Part shown: positions 8,151 through 16,438 of the stretch, in pieces
Layout: each line of letters starts with the position of its first letter
Position numbering within the stretch: position 1 is the stretch's first letter
Program-made: the position numbers and the translations under genes
Notes under the pieces: model-generated
What the model was told of the DNA's origin: nothing
The model's database searches: none
The model's input: the letters and a program-made list of their open reading frames with translations, nothing else
Source: a virus
Taxonomy: Duplodnaviria > Heunggongvirae > Uroviricota > Caudoviricetes
IMG/VR virus record: IMGVR_UViG_3300026484_000600
Reading direction: 5' to 3' (one strand)
Length of the DNA: 36,705 nucleotides

Positions 8151-10166
8151 ATGGCAAGAATAGTAGAATTGCTTGAGAAAGAAAATTATACTCCTGTAGA
8201 CGGTACAAAATTTAAAAAATATTCAGAACCTGTTAATATTTTAAGGTTGATTCTTACATGTCAACTGAGAGATTATGAGTCCCTACCTACGGGGCCTAAA
8301 GTGAAAAAAGTATTTGAAGAAAGTGAAAACTTAAAAGAAATAACTACTAGATACAATAGTTTAAGAAAAATTTTAAAGACTAAAAAATCTATAGCTGCAT
8401 TAAAACCTCATAAGAAAAAATTATATGATTTATTATTTGAAATCTTATTACGTTATGCAAAGATTAATAGTTATAAACCATCAGTTTTAGGGACTGCTTT
8501 TGCAAAAACTAAACATGGTGAACTAAATGATTATCAAAAAAAAGTTATAATTAAGTTTGCAAAAACATTATTACATGAAAAGCCAGGTCTAAGAGGTAGA
8601 GATACATTAGAATTAACAAGAATGCTTATTTTTGAAGATGGTATAAAACCTCAACAAATTGAACAAAATAATGAAGAAGTTATACCTGCCGAAGATACTC
8701 AAAATGATTTAGAACCAGATTTAAATTCTAAATTACGTTCTATGAGTACTGAAGAAATTGATATTATTAGTAAAACTGTAAAGGAACGATTTTCTAAGAA
8801 CAATGATATATTAGATTCAAAGATGTCTGAAGTAGAAACATTAACTCATGAGTTAGATATAGATTTAGTAGATATTGAAGAATATTCAAAAATTAAATTT
8901 AAAGAAGCAAAAATTTCTCCAGAAGTAGAAGCTAAGGCTGATATTGTTGAAAATCAATTGCATACTGCGATTAATGAAATTGATTTAAGTAAATATCCAG
9001 AGAAAAAAGCTAAGAAAATTAAGAAAGTAGCAAGTGTTATGGTGTCTGATATTCTTGTAAATTTTGCAAAGTTTATTCCTAATGAATTAAATAGAGAATT
9101 TTTAACTACTAGTAAAATGATTGGTAATCAACTTGTTGTTAGTTTTCAAGATATTCAAGAAGAAACAAATTTTACTAGAACTTTTACTATTAGTGATAAT
9201 GGAGATATTGAGAAAGTACAACATACTTTATTTGAAGTTCCACCATCAGCTCAAAAAACTGGTTTATCTAAATCGGCAATTGCTGATATGTTAAAATTGT
9301 ATAAAGCTGCAGGTATTAAAAAAGTTGAATTACATGCAAATATAGGTTTGGGTGGTTATGTATGGTTGCGATATGGATTCAAACCTAATGAAGATCAAAT
9401 ATCAAAGATAAAAGATTCTTTTACTGATATTTATAATTGTGTGAAATATGGTTTAAAACCTGGTTATACAGTAGGTGTTACTCCAGATAATGTTTTAGAT
9501 TCAATTATAAAACATTTTGATAATCCAGTAATTACTCTTACTCTACAAACTATTAAGAAAAATTATGATATGCAGAAAGCCAAATTGGATAACATGCTAT
9601 TAAATGATTTTGGATGGGATAAATATACTGAAGCCCCTATTAAATTCAATTATACTTTTAATGAGATAATTGCAGAAACATTTAAGAATATTGGAACTGA
9701 ATTAGCAAAACAGTTTAAAATTAATGTAGATACTTTGCATGAAGATATAGCATTATCTAAAAAAGATATAAAACTTAAAGTTCCAACACTTAAATTGGTT
9801 ACAAATAATAAATTGGCAGATGAAATGATTAGAGAATATGCATTATCCAAAGCTACAAGTTCTGCTGAAGCACAAATTGCAAGAACTATTAAATCAAAAA
9901 AAATAATCGATAAATATTTTGGTAGTAGGATTTTCAAAATGTCAGAAGATGTTAAATTTACGATTTCAGTTAAGAAATTTTTAACAATGACTGGAATTAG
10001 TATTGAGACTGTACAAGGTCAAATTTCAGTCTTACCTGGAAATCCTGCAGATTTCGCAGCAGGAATTGATATGATGCCTGGAGCTATGGAGTGGAAAGGC
10101 TATTTAGATTTAACAGATGAAAAACAGTTTAAAACTGCAATGAAATATGCTACAGCTACTAAATAG
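8151..10166 (+). CDS. large protein with internal GNAT-like domain
   Basis: LFEVPPSAQKTGLSK, GIKKVELHAN, GGYVWLRYGF resemble GNAT motifs A/B; AATAAATA at 8117-8124. Confidence 0.55.
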   Translation: MARIVELLEKENYTPVDGTKFKKYSEPVNILRLILTCQLRDYESLPTGPKVKKVFEESENLKEITTRYNSLRKILKTKKSIAALKPHKKKLYDLLFEILLRYAKINSYKPSVLGTAFAKTKHGELNDYQKKVIIKFAKTLLHEKPGLRGRDTLELTRMLIFEDGIKPQQIEQNNEEVIPAEDTQNDLEPDLNSKLRSMSTEEIDIISKTVKERFSKNNDILDSKMSEVETLTHELDIDLVDIEEYSKIKFKEAKISPEVEAKADIVENQLHTAINEIDLSKYPEKKAKKIKKVASVMVSDILVNFAKFIPNELNREFLTTSKMIGNQLVVSFQDIQEETNFTRTFTISDNGDIEKVQHTLFEVPPSAQKTGLSKSAIADMLKLYKAAGIKKVELHANIGLGGYVWLRYGFKPNEDQISKIKDSFTDIYNCVKYGLKPGYTVGVTPDNVLDSIIKHFDNPVITLTLQTIKKNYDMQKAKLDNMLLNDFGWDKYTEAPIKFNYTFNEIIAETFKNIGTELAKQFKINVDTLHEDIALSKKDIKLKVPTLKLVTNNKLADEMIREYALSKATSSAEAQIARTIKSKKIIDKYFGSRIFKMSEDVKFTISVKKFLTMTGISIETVQGQISVLPGNPADFAAGIDMMPGAMEWKGYLDLTDEKQFKTAMKYATATK

Positions 10167-10167
10167 C

Positions 10168-10196
10168 TTGATTTATTTAGTAAATTATGGTATAAT
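10168..10196 (+). promoter_or_regulatory. sigma70-type early promoter
   Basis: TTGATT-N17-TATAAT with TG extension. Confidence 0.8.
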
Positions 10197-10222
10197 ATAT
10201 TAATTATAATGGAGAAATTATT

Positions 10223-10438
10223 ATGGAAATGAATGGAAAAGGACCTTTTACAAAAGTAGGAGAAAGTGTAACTGATGCGGGTTTATTCGACCATGTTTTT
10301 GATGGTACTGATGATGCACACGATGAACAATTAAAAGCTGAAAAACTTTTAGCAGCTATAAAAACAGAAATGCTCAGACGTTCTATGATTAAAGAAAGTT
10401 TTGAGGATACAGTTAAAATGCTTTTAGAGGATTTTTAA
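10223..10438 (+). CDS. hypothetical protein
   Basis: 71 aa, GGAG RBS, upstream promoter. Confidence 0.75.
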   Translation: MEMNGKGPFTKVGESVTDAGLFDHVFDGTDDAHDEQLKAEKLLAAIKTEMLRRSMIKESFEDTVKMLLEDF

Positions 10439-10439
10439 T

Positions 10440-10706
10440 TTGAAAAATGTTAAAGAAGAAGATGTTGAAAAACTACTCACTAGATTTTATAAAGATGCTG
10501 TTATCAAAAAATCTAGAGAGGACTTTATAATTTTAAAATATAAGCATGGGGACTTTGATAAACTTATACCGAATGATATTTTTTTTAATGTTGTTCATTT
10601 TTTACCAAACATAAAATTCCGTCAAAAACCTTTTGTTATGGGTGTATCTTACAATATTAGAACGAAAATATATGAAATAACGATAATAAACCCTAAGATT
10701 TATTAA
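10440..10706 (+). CDS. hypothetical protein
   Basis: 88 aa, TTG start abutting previous stop, GAGG RBS. Confidence 0.65.
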   Translation: MKNVKEEDVEKLLTRFYKDAVIKKSREDFIILKYKHGDFDKLIPNDIFFNVVHFLPNIKFRQKPFVMGVSYNIRTKIYEITIINPKIY

Positions 10707-10796
10707 AAAATTAATAAAAAAAAATTTTCTTACATAAATAAAATTAATATAAATCAAAACAAAGAAAAAGTTCGTTATGGTTTTTATTATTTCACC

Positions 10797-10823
10797 GGAA
10801 TTTCTTTTTTAAAGGGAAATTCC
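10797..10823. terminator. hairpin, possible terminator
   Basis: ggaatttc/gaaattcc 8-bp stem after the 10223-10706 unit. Confidence 0.45.
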
Positions 10824-10869
10824 ACCTTTTATTAAATCTTCCTTAAATTTAAAACTTATACATAATTTA

Positions 10870-10932
10870 TCTTAAAGTCATCTTAAAATTTGTTTAAATT
10901 GATTAATGTAATCATTATCAATTGGCGACCCC
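10870..10932 (+). repeat. about 65-bp intergenic repeat, copy 2
   Basis: tcttaa-N5-tcttaaaatt and exact taatcattatcaattggcgac (10909-10929). Confidence 0.8.
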
Positions 10933-10951
10933 TAATTCATCAAAAATAAAC

Positions 10952-10980
10952 TTGACATTCCATCTAATTTATGTTATGAT
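10952..10980 (+). promoter_or_regulatory. sigma70-type early promoter
   Basis: TTGACA-N17-TATGAT; variant of the 24-bp core. Confidence 0.8.
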
Positions 10981-11008
10981 ATGATATAATTAAAGAAAAG
11001 GTATAATT

Positions 11009-11752
11009 ATGATTACGTATACTTGTGAATCTGTTGGGATGCATGGGAATTGTGGGGATGGATGTCCTCTTTTTGCTGATGGATTGTGTGAGATACCATT
11101 TGAAATTGATAATATTGAATTATATCCTGATGAATATGATGAAATCATAGAAAGCTATAATGCTGTTGCTCGAGCTAAAAAGGAACGAGATATGCAGATA
11201 GAACAATTACAACAAAGAAAACCCAATTTTAAAATTTCAAAAGCGTTTGTATGTAATATGTTAGTAGATTATTATCAAAATAAAGACAATAGTTTAAAAA
11301 ATCCTATGAAGATGTTTATAGATAATGATGCTTTTGATGAAGAAATCATTAATGGTATAACAGACAAATTAAATAAAGTAAGTAATTACGAGCGATTTGC
11401 GTTCGATTTACTTTTAAACGGTTTAGAGAAGCATATTATACCTTCATTTAAAAATCATTATGGATTCTTTGGAGAAATTCTTTCTGATATGCATACAAAT
11501 TCTTCACTATCAACTCTTAAAGAACTTCAAAATAATTTTTATGAAGCTGATTTAAATATGAATTTTTTTAATAACTTAGGTTATACTGTTGACTCTATAT
11601 TTTTAGCTATAGATTCTGATGGTTTAAGTAGAGTGCAACTTAGAATTTTAAAGCATGAAGATTATGATATAACTACAAAAATAAAAATTGCAGAGATTAG
11701 TGGAGATAATAGTTTTTTACCGCAACAATTACAAGATATGTTTATATTTTAG
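11009..11752 (+). CDS. hypothetical protein with Cys-rich N-terminus
   Basis: 247 aa; CESVGMHGNCGDGCPLFADGLC; C-terminal FLPQQLQDMFIF. Confidence 0.8.
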   Translation: MITYTCESVGMHGNCGDGCPLFADGLCEIPFEIDNIELYPDEYDEIIESYNAVARAKKERDMQIEQLQQRKPNFKISKAFVCNMLVDYYQNKDNSLKNPMKMFIDNDAFDEEIINGITDKLNKVSNYERFAFDLLLNGLEKHIIPSFKNHYGFFGEILSDMHTNSSLSTLKELQNNFYEADLNMNFFNNLGYTVDSIFLAIDSDGLSRVQLRILKHEDYDITTKIKIAEISGDNSFLPQQLQDMFIF

Positions 11753-11761
11753 CAAGATAAC

Positions 11762-11790
11762 TTGACTTTTCCTTCTAATTATGTTATAAT
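11762..11790 (+). promoter_or_regulatory. sigma70-type early promoter with 24-bp core
   Basis: TTGACT-N17-TATAAT; exact core 11780-11803. Confidence 0.9.
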
Positions 11791-11817
11791 ATGGCATAAT
11801 TAAAGAAAAGGATACTT

Positions 11818-12030
11818 ATGAAAGAGTATAACGAAATTCCAGAAAGTTTAAAGTTAATGTTAGAAGAAGCTGTTAGTACAGACCCTTATGGTTTATCACC
11901 AAAAACACTTTATAAAAACATTGCATCTTCACTATTATTTACACCGGCTGATAAAGTTAGTAAGATTATGGAAGTATCATATTCAGTTGTAGTTATGATT
12001 GCAGATGAAAATGAAATAGGTCTTTCGTAA
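11818..12030 (+). CDS. hypothetical protein
   Basis: 70 aa, AAGGA RBS after promoter. Confidence 0.8.
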   Translation: MKEYNEIPESLKLMLEEAVSTDPYGLSPKTLYKNIASSLLFTPADKVSKIMEVSYSVVVMIADENEIGLS

Positions 12031-12122
12031 TGGTTTGGTGGGTAATAGCCTTTTTGTTCTTAGTATATGATCAATTAGCATTTGCATTTTTATTTGCGAT
12101 GATAGCTTTAAATAGGAGTTAA
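12030..12122 (+). CDS. 30-aa hydrophobic membrane micropeptide (not in ORF track)
   Basis: MVWWVIAFLFLVYDQLAFAFLFAMIALNRS; ATG overlaps upstream TAA (TAATG), stop abuts next gene. Confidence 0.6.
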   Translation: MVWWVIAFLFLVYDQLAFAFLFAMIALNRS

Positions 12123-12123
12123 G

Positions 12124-12372
12124 ATGAATATGGTTACAAGTAAGATACCTGCAGATGTTTGTAGTGTATTGATGGATTTGGCACAAGGTTTTGATGGTAT
12201 AGTTAATATTGATTATACTGATATTGCAGAGTGGAGTGATAAAGCTTCAAAAGAAGAAATTGATGAATTAAGAAGTCTTATAGCAGATTTAGCTGATTTG
12301 GATTATGCTTTTGATGAAGATGAAGATGCTCGAGAGATAGCAAATAAAATAACTACGATGGTAAAAGGTTAG
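12124..12372 (+). CDS. acidic hypothetical protein
   Basis: 82 aa, AGGAG RBS. Confidence 0.8.
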   Translation: MNMVTSKIPADVCSVLMDLAQGFDGIVNIDYTDIAEWSDKASKEEIDELRSLIADLADLDYAFDEDEDAREIANKITTMVKG

Positions 12373-12374
12373 AT

Positions 12375-12953
12375 ATGAAAAAAGTAGAGATAAAAGAGAT
12401 TGTAGAAAATAAGGAACCAAAGTTTGTAAAAACAGAACTCGTTAAAGCTGAACGAGATGGTGTCCCATTTTTATGGGAGCGTATCAAGTCTCATGATTCC
12501 GTACATGTACTCATAGATAATATGGAAGCTGGTGAAATAATTGTTGTTGAACAAGTAAGAGTTCCTGTTTTATGCAATGATGCTTCTCAAGATGGTAGAG
12601 TAACAGAAGCATGTGCTGGTTTAGTTGATAAAGATAAGGGTATAGCAGAAATTGCTAGAGAAGAAATCTTAGAGGAGTGTGGATTTGATGTGCCATTAGA
12701 CGGTATTAAATTTCTAAAAACATTAAAAAGTTCAGTAGGTACTGCTGGTACAGAATCACATGCATTTATTGCAGAAGTAACAAATGATATGAAAGTTTCT
12801 GATGGTGGAGGACTAGCAGAGGAAGATATAAATGTGGTTCGTATTAAATATGAAGATATCAATGATTATTTCTTTAATTCAGATATTCATACTGATGCTA
12901 TTACTATGTTTTTAATTACATTCTGGATGCTTTATCATACTTCTATGGATTAG
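12375..12953 (+). CDS. Nudix hydrolase, ADP-ribose/NDP-sugar pyrophosphatase-like (NudF/NudK type)
   Basis: HDSVHVL, EQVRVPV, Nudix box EACAGLVDKDKGIAEIAREEILEECGF, DGGGLAEEDINVV. Confidence 0.88.
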   Translation: MKKVEIKEIVENKEPKFVKTELVKAERDGVPFLWERIKSHDSVHVLIDNMEAGEIIVVEQVRVPVLCNDASQDGRVTEACAGLVDKDKGIAEIAREEILEECGFDVPLDGIKFLKTLKSSVGTAGTESHAFIAEVTNDMKVSDGGGLAEEDINVVRIKYEDINDYFFNSDIHTDAITMFLITFWMLYHTSMD

Positions 12954-14148
12954 ATTTTAACTCTTCCAAAACTAAATATGTTTCATAAGCATTACTTGTA
13001 AGTGGTGCTTGTGTATCATCAAAAACAAAACCTAATTTATAATCGGTCATACCTACTAAATCACCATATTTTATTGATAATGCATCATTGAATTTTGATA
13101 AATCTGTATTATCTAAAACTTCCTTCGATTCTTCTATTAAATCTTGTAGTTCAACATATTCATCTGTAATAGAAGATATAGTTTTTTTAATCCATGCTTC
13201 TTCATTTTTGATTTCCTGAAATTGTTTTGCTTTCTCTAATCTTTGTTCTGCTATTGATTTCTTTTTATTATATTTGATTTGCTCTTCTATCGATAATTCT
13301 GGTTCTTGATTATCTATCAAATCACATTTTTGTTTATGAAATTCAACGGTCATAGTAGTTTTACCATTTTTCTTTTTACCATATATTTTATCTATATAAA
13401 TATCTGTATTTGCATTTATTTCTTTAATTGCTTTATTGAGGTATGCGCTTTTTAATTTACTTGGTGTGTCGGTATTAGATTTGGTTCTATCTATACCTAG
13501 TACGACAATCCATTCATCAAAGTTTTTAGTTAATGGTTTATTTAGATTTTCATAATCCTTACATATCTCATATAAAATTTTAGAGTAAGTTAATTTTAAT
13601 TTTGTTTGTATTTTTAAATAAAGTTTTGCAAATGGTTTAGTTTTGTGAATCCAACCTAATAAAATTTCCGGTTCTAATTGAAAATCTGCCTTCGTACTGT
13701 TTGTAACTCTTGTATAATTTCTCAGAAGTGACATTGTTTTGACAGCATGAATGTCTCCAAGCAATTCATCTTGTTTAAAAATACCTACTTTAACAGATAC
13801 AGCTCTTAATGCGTCTAAAATAGATGATAACTCAGTTTTATTCTGTCGACTTTTATATTTGCCTATAAAATTGGCTAACTTTTTTAAATCTAATTCAAAA
13901 TGTTGAATTTCTAAAAATTCAAATAATTCATCTTCATTTTTAAATGATGCAAGAGTTTTTTCTACATCCATTTTTTTATGGATTTGTTCTCTTGCTAAAT
14001 AGCACATATAATTCATAGCATCATGTTGTGTTGGTGTTAAGGTGTAATGTTCATAACCTTTAATTCGCCCACGTTTTATTATCGGTGTTTTATACTCACT
14101 TGTAATCAATGCACTAGGTTTATGAATTTCAAATATATCCTGTCTCAT
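12943..14148 (-). CDS. Rep_3 (RepB-like) replication initiator paralog C
   Basis: EIHKPSAL, TLTPTQHDAM, LKLTYSKILYEICKDY, LKSAYLNKAIKEINANTDI; start moved to 14148 because GGAG RBS lies at 14154-14157. Confidence 0.88.
   Translation of the reverse strand: MRQDIFEIHKPSALITSEYKTPIIKRGRIKGYEHYTLTPTQHDAMNYMCYLAREQIHKKMDVEKTLASFKNEDELFEFLEIQHFELDLKKLANFIGKYKSRQNKTELSSILDALRAVSVKVGIFKQDELLGDIHAVKTMSLLRNYTRVTNSTKADFQLEPEILLGWIHKTKPFAKLYLKIQTKLKLTYSKILYEICKDYENLNKPLTKNFDEWIVVLGIDRTKSNTDTPSKLKSAYLNKAIKEINANTDIYIDKIYGKKKNGKTTMTVEFHKQKCDLIDNQEPELSIEEQIKYNKKKSIAEQRLEKAKQFQEIKNEEAWIKKTISSITDEYVELQDLIEESKEVLDNTDLSKFNDALSIKYGDLVGMTDYKLGFVFDDTQAPLTSNAYETYLVLEELKSNP
13158..13290. repeat. 133-bp direct repeat shared by rep C and rep D 3' regions
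   Basis: One mismatch versus 15260-15392; a further ~49-bp shared block at 13033-13081 / 15135-15183. Confidence 0.9.
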
Positions 14149-14258
14149 AATCACTCCATTTTATCATGTTCTGTTGTTACCTTATTTATATATATTTTAC
14201 AATATAAAATATTAACATTTTTTTATATACTTTTAGTGTCATAATATATAAAGACATT

Positions 14259-14350
14259 GTAACAATAGAATATGAAGGTAACAATAGAATATGAAGAAAC
14301 CGTTTTAATGTAATAGTAGAATGTGTAAAATGTAATATTGAAATGTGAAC
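14259..14350. repeat. iteron array of Rep paralog C
   Basis: gtaacaatagaatatgaag exact at 14259 and 14278, degenerate at 14310 and 14332; inverted copy (14/16) at 14165-14180 next to the RBS. Confidence 0.8.
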
Positions 14351-14362
14351 TTTTATTCCAAG

Positions 14363-14446
14363 CCATCTTTTAACCCCTTATAAACACCGGCAAAAAACGT
14401 TTGTATTTTGCCTAAAGAATAGATAAAGAATATTAAAAGAAGAGGA
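14363..14446. repeat. 84-bp perfect direct repeat, copy 1 (Rep cassette distal box)
   Basis: Identical to 16439-16522; contains ggcaaaa...ttttgcc inverted repeat. Confidence 0.95.
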
Positions 14447-14475
14447 GAGATAGACTAAGTGTTCACTAAAATGAA

Positions 14476-15045
14476 TCAAGAGCTTATTATTAAATTTTCT
14501 AAATAAATTTTTGTGGATTTATGAACCGCCAATAGTAGAAGATTATTAGATTGCCATACATGTAATTTATCTAATTTTAAATCGTAATTGGATTCTATAA
14601 TATGATTATTTTTTATTATATGGATAGATATATCTTTATCTTTAGACAAAGATAACCATAAATATTTTGTTCCTGTATAATGTTTGTAATCTGATAAAAT
14701 TGATAATTTATTTTTTAATATAGCTTTATAGAATTTAGTTGTGATACCTTGTTTCCTATATTTATTACATGTATCTATGCTCTCTTCCTGTTGTACAAGA
14801 CCTTTAAAATTTTTTATTTGATATTTATCGGTTTCAAGAATTGATACAATACAGTTGGTAACTGTATCAATCAAATAAAATTTTTGTTTGGTTCCCATGA
14901 TAATTATACGAATGTCGAATGGACTTTCTATGGGGATACCATTATATTCAATTAAGTTGTGTTTTGTAGAACAAAGTTCTATATCGTATGATTGCCTATC
15001 ACCATTCTTCAATTCAGGCATTTCTATTAATGAATTTATTGTCAT
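14476..15045 (-). CDS. GNAT-family acetyltransferase-like protein
   Basis: KYRKQGITTKFYKAIL (motif A-like R/QxxG), ILSDYKHYTGTKYLWLSL; start overlaps rep D stop (ATGA). Confidence 0.55.
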   Translation of the reverse strand: MTINSLIEMPELKNGDRQSYDIELCSTKHNLIEYNGIPIESPFDIRIIIMGTKQKFYLIDTVTNCIVSILETDKYQIKNFKGLVQQEESIDTCNKYRKQGITTKFYKAILKNKLSILSDYKHYTGTKYLWLSLSKDKDISIHIIKNNHIIESNYDLKLDKLHVWQSNNLLLLAVHKSTKIYLENLIISS

Positions 15046-16220
15046 TTTGATTCTCCATCTAATGTCTGTAAAATATTTAATGTTTCTTTTGCATTATTAG
15101 TGATAGATGGTTTAGATTCATCAAAAATATAAATTAATTTATAATCGGTCATACCTACTAAGTCACCATATTTTATTGATAATTTCTCTGCATAATCTTT
15201 GATATTGATATTATCTATTTGTTCTTTAGCAGATTCTATTTGCTCTTGTTCATCTAGAAATTCATCTGTAATAGAAGATATGGTTTTTTTAATCCATGCT
15301 TCTTCATTTTTGATTTCCTGAAATTGTTTTGCTTTCTCTAATCTTTGTTCTGCTATTGATTTCTTTTTATTATATTTGATTTGCTCTTCTATTGGAAGCT
15401 CTGGTTCTAAATCTAATAATCCTAATTTTTGTAACCGAGAATCAGGTTGTTTCTCCATCATAAATTTAATTTTAGTTACTTGTAATCTACCACCATCAGG
15501 TCTTTCTTTGATAGGTTCATAACTAACTTTAATATCTGATTTTTCATTAATTTCTTTAACTGCTTTTTTGAGAATATTTTGATTGAATATAGACCATATT
15601 CTTTGTGAAGCTTCACTAACATTGATTAAATCCATTAAAACATTCAGTTCAAATTGTTTTATATTTAAACCTTCATAATCTTTTAGTAATTCATATAATA
15701 GCTTTGAATATTTTGACTTCATTGAAAATTGAATAGTTAAAAACATTTTTGAAAAATATTTCTTAACATCTATAAATCTTTTTATGATTGTATTTGAAAT
15801 CGCCAATTTGATTCTTTTCTTTTCAGTTTTTTTATGTTTAGATACTCTTATTTCTTGAATGAATCTAGTAATAATCATTTCGTCTATATCTTTATTTTTA
15901 CCAATACTATTAATTATAATTTTTATATCGGATAATGAATCTAACTGTTCGATTATTTCACTATATTGGTTATTATTATATTTGTGGATCATATTATTGA
16001 AGTCATTTAATGTAAATTCAAAAAGTGTTGAGGGTTGTGTGTCGTCTATTTTTAATTTATATTTACCAATTTCTTTTCGTATCTTATAAAACATAACATT
16101 TATAAGATCTATTTGTAATGCCGACATTTTATAAATATTTAGTTCTTTTTTTATTTGTTGAGTAAAAACAACTTGAGTTAATTCACTTGGCTTATTAAGT
16201 TCTAATTTTTCAATATTCAT
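15042..16220 (-). CDS. Rep_3 (RepB-like) replication initiator paralog D
   Basis: LNKPSEL, MSALQIDLIN, MKSKYSKLLYELLKDY, FNQNILKKAVKEINEKSDIKVSY. Confidence 0.9.
   Translation of the reverse strand: MNIEKLELNKPSELTQVVFTQQIKKELNIYKMSALQIDLINVMFYKIRKEIGKYKLKIDDTQPSTLFEFTLNDFNNMIHKYNNNQYSEIIEQLDSLSDIKIIINSIGKNKDIDEMIITRFIQEIRVSKHKKTEKKRIKLAISNTIIKRFIDVKKYFSKMFLTIQFSMKSKYSKLLYELLKDYEGLNIKQFELNVLMDLINVSEASQRIWSIFNQNILKKAVKEINEKSDIKVSYEPIKERPDGGRLQVTKIKFMMEKQPDSRLQKLGLLDLEPELPIEEQIKYNKKKSIAEQRLEKAKQFQEIKNEEAWIKKTISSITDEFLDEQEQIESAKEQIDNINIKDYAEKLSIKYGDLVGMTDYKLIYIFDESKPSITNNAKETLNILQTLDGESK
15447..15588. repeat. 142-bp inverted repeat shared by rep D and rep B
   Basis: Reverse complement of 7431-7572 with one mismatch. 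Confidence 0.9.
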
Positions 16221-16325
16221 TTGTGGTATCCTTTTTATAAATTATACATTTTTATTTATATATAAAATTGAATAAAAATCAATATTTATGTTAATTTAAT
16301 ATTGAAAATATAATATATAAATGTC

Positions 16326-16428
16326 CACAATCTAATATTGATTTTTAGTTGGTAACACGATCTAATATTGATTTGATACTCTATACCCACAATCTAATAT
16401 TGGTTTTAACACAATCCAATATTGATTT
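16326..16428. repeat. iteron array of Rep paralog D
   Basis: cacRatcYaatattgRttt 19-mers at 16326, 16356, 16388, 16410; inverted copy (13/16) at 16210-16225 over the ATG. Confidence 0.88.
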
Positions 16429-16438
16429 TTATTTTCAT

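Noticed and set aside
11780-11790. TTATGTTATAAT in the promoter repeats resembles the XerD arm of dif (TTATGTTAAAT)
   Set aside because: No XerC-like arm 6 bp upstream; fully explained by an extended -10 element
13158-15588. Near-identical rep segments as a diversity-generating retroelement TR/VR pair
   Set aside because: Only single mismatches per block, no adenine-specific mutation pattern, and no reverse transcriptase in the window
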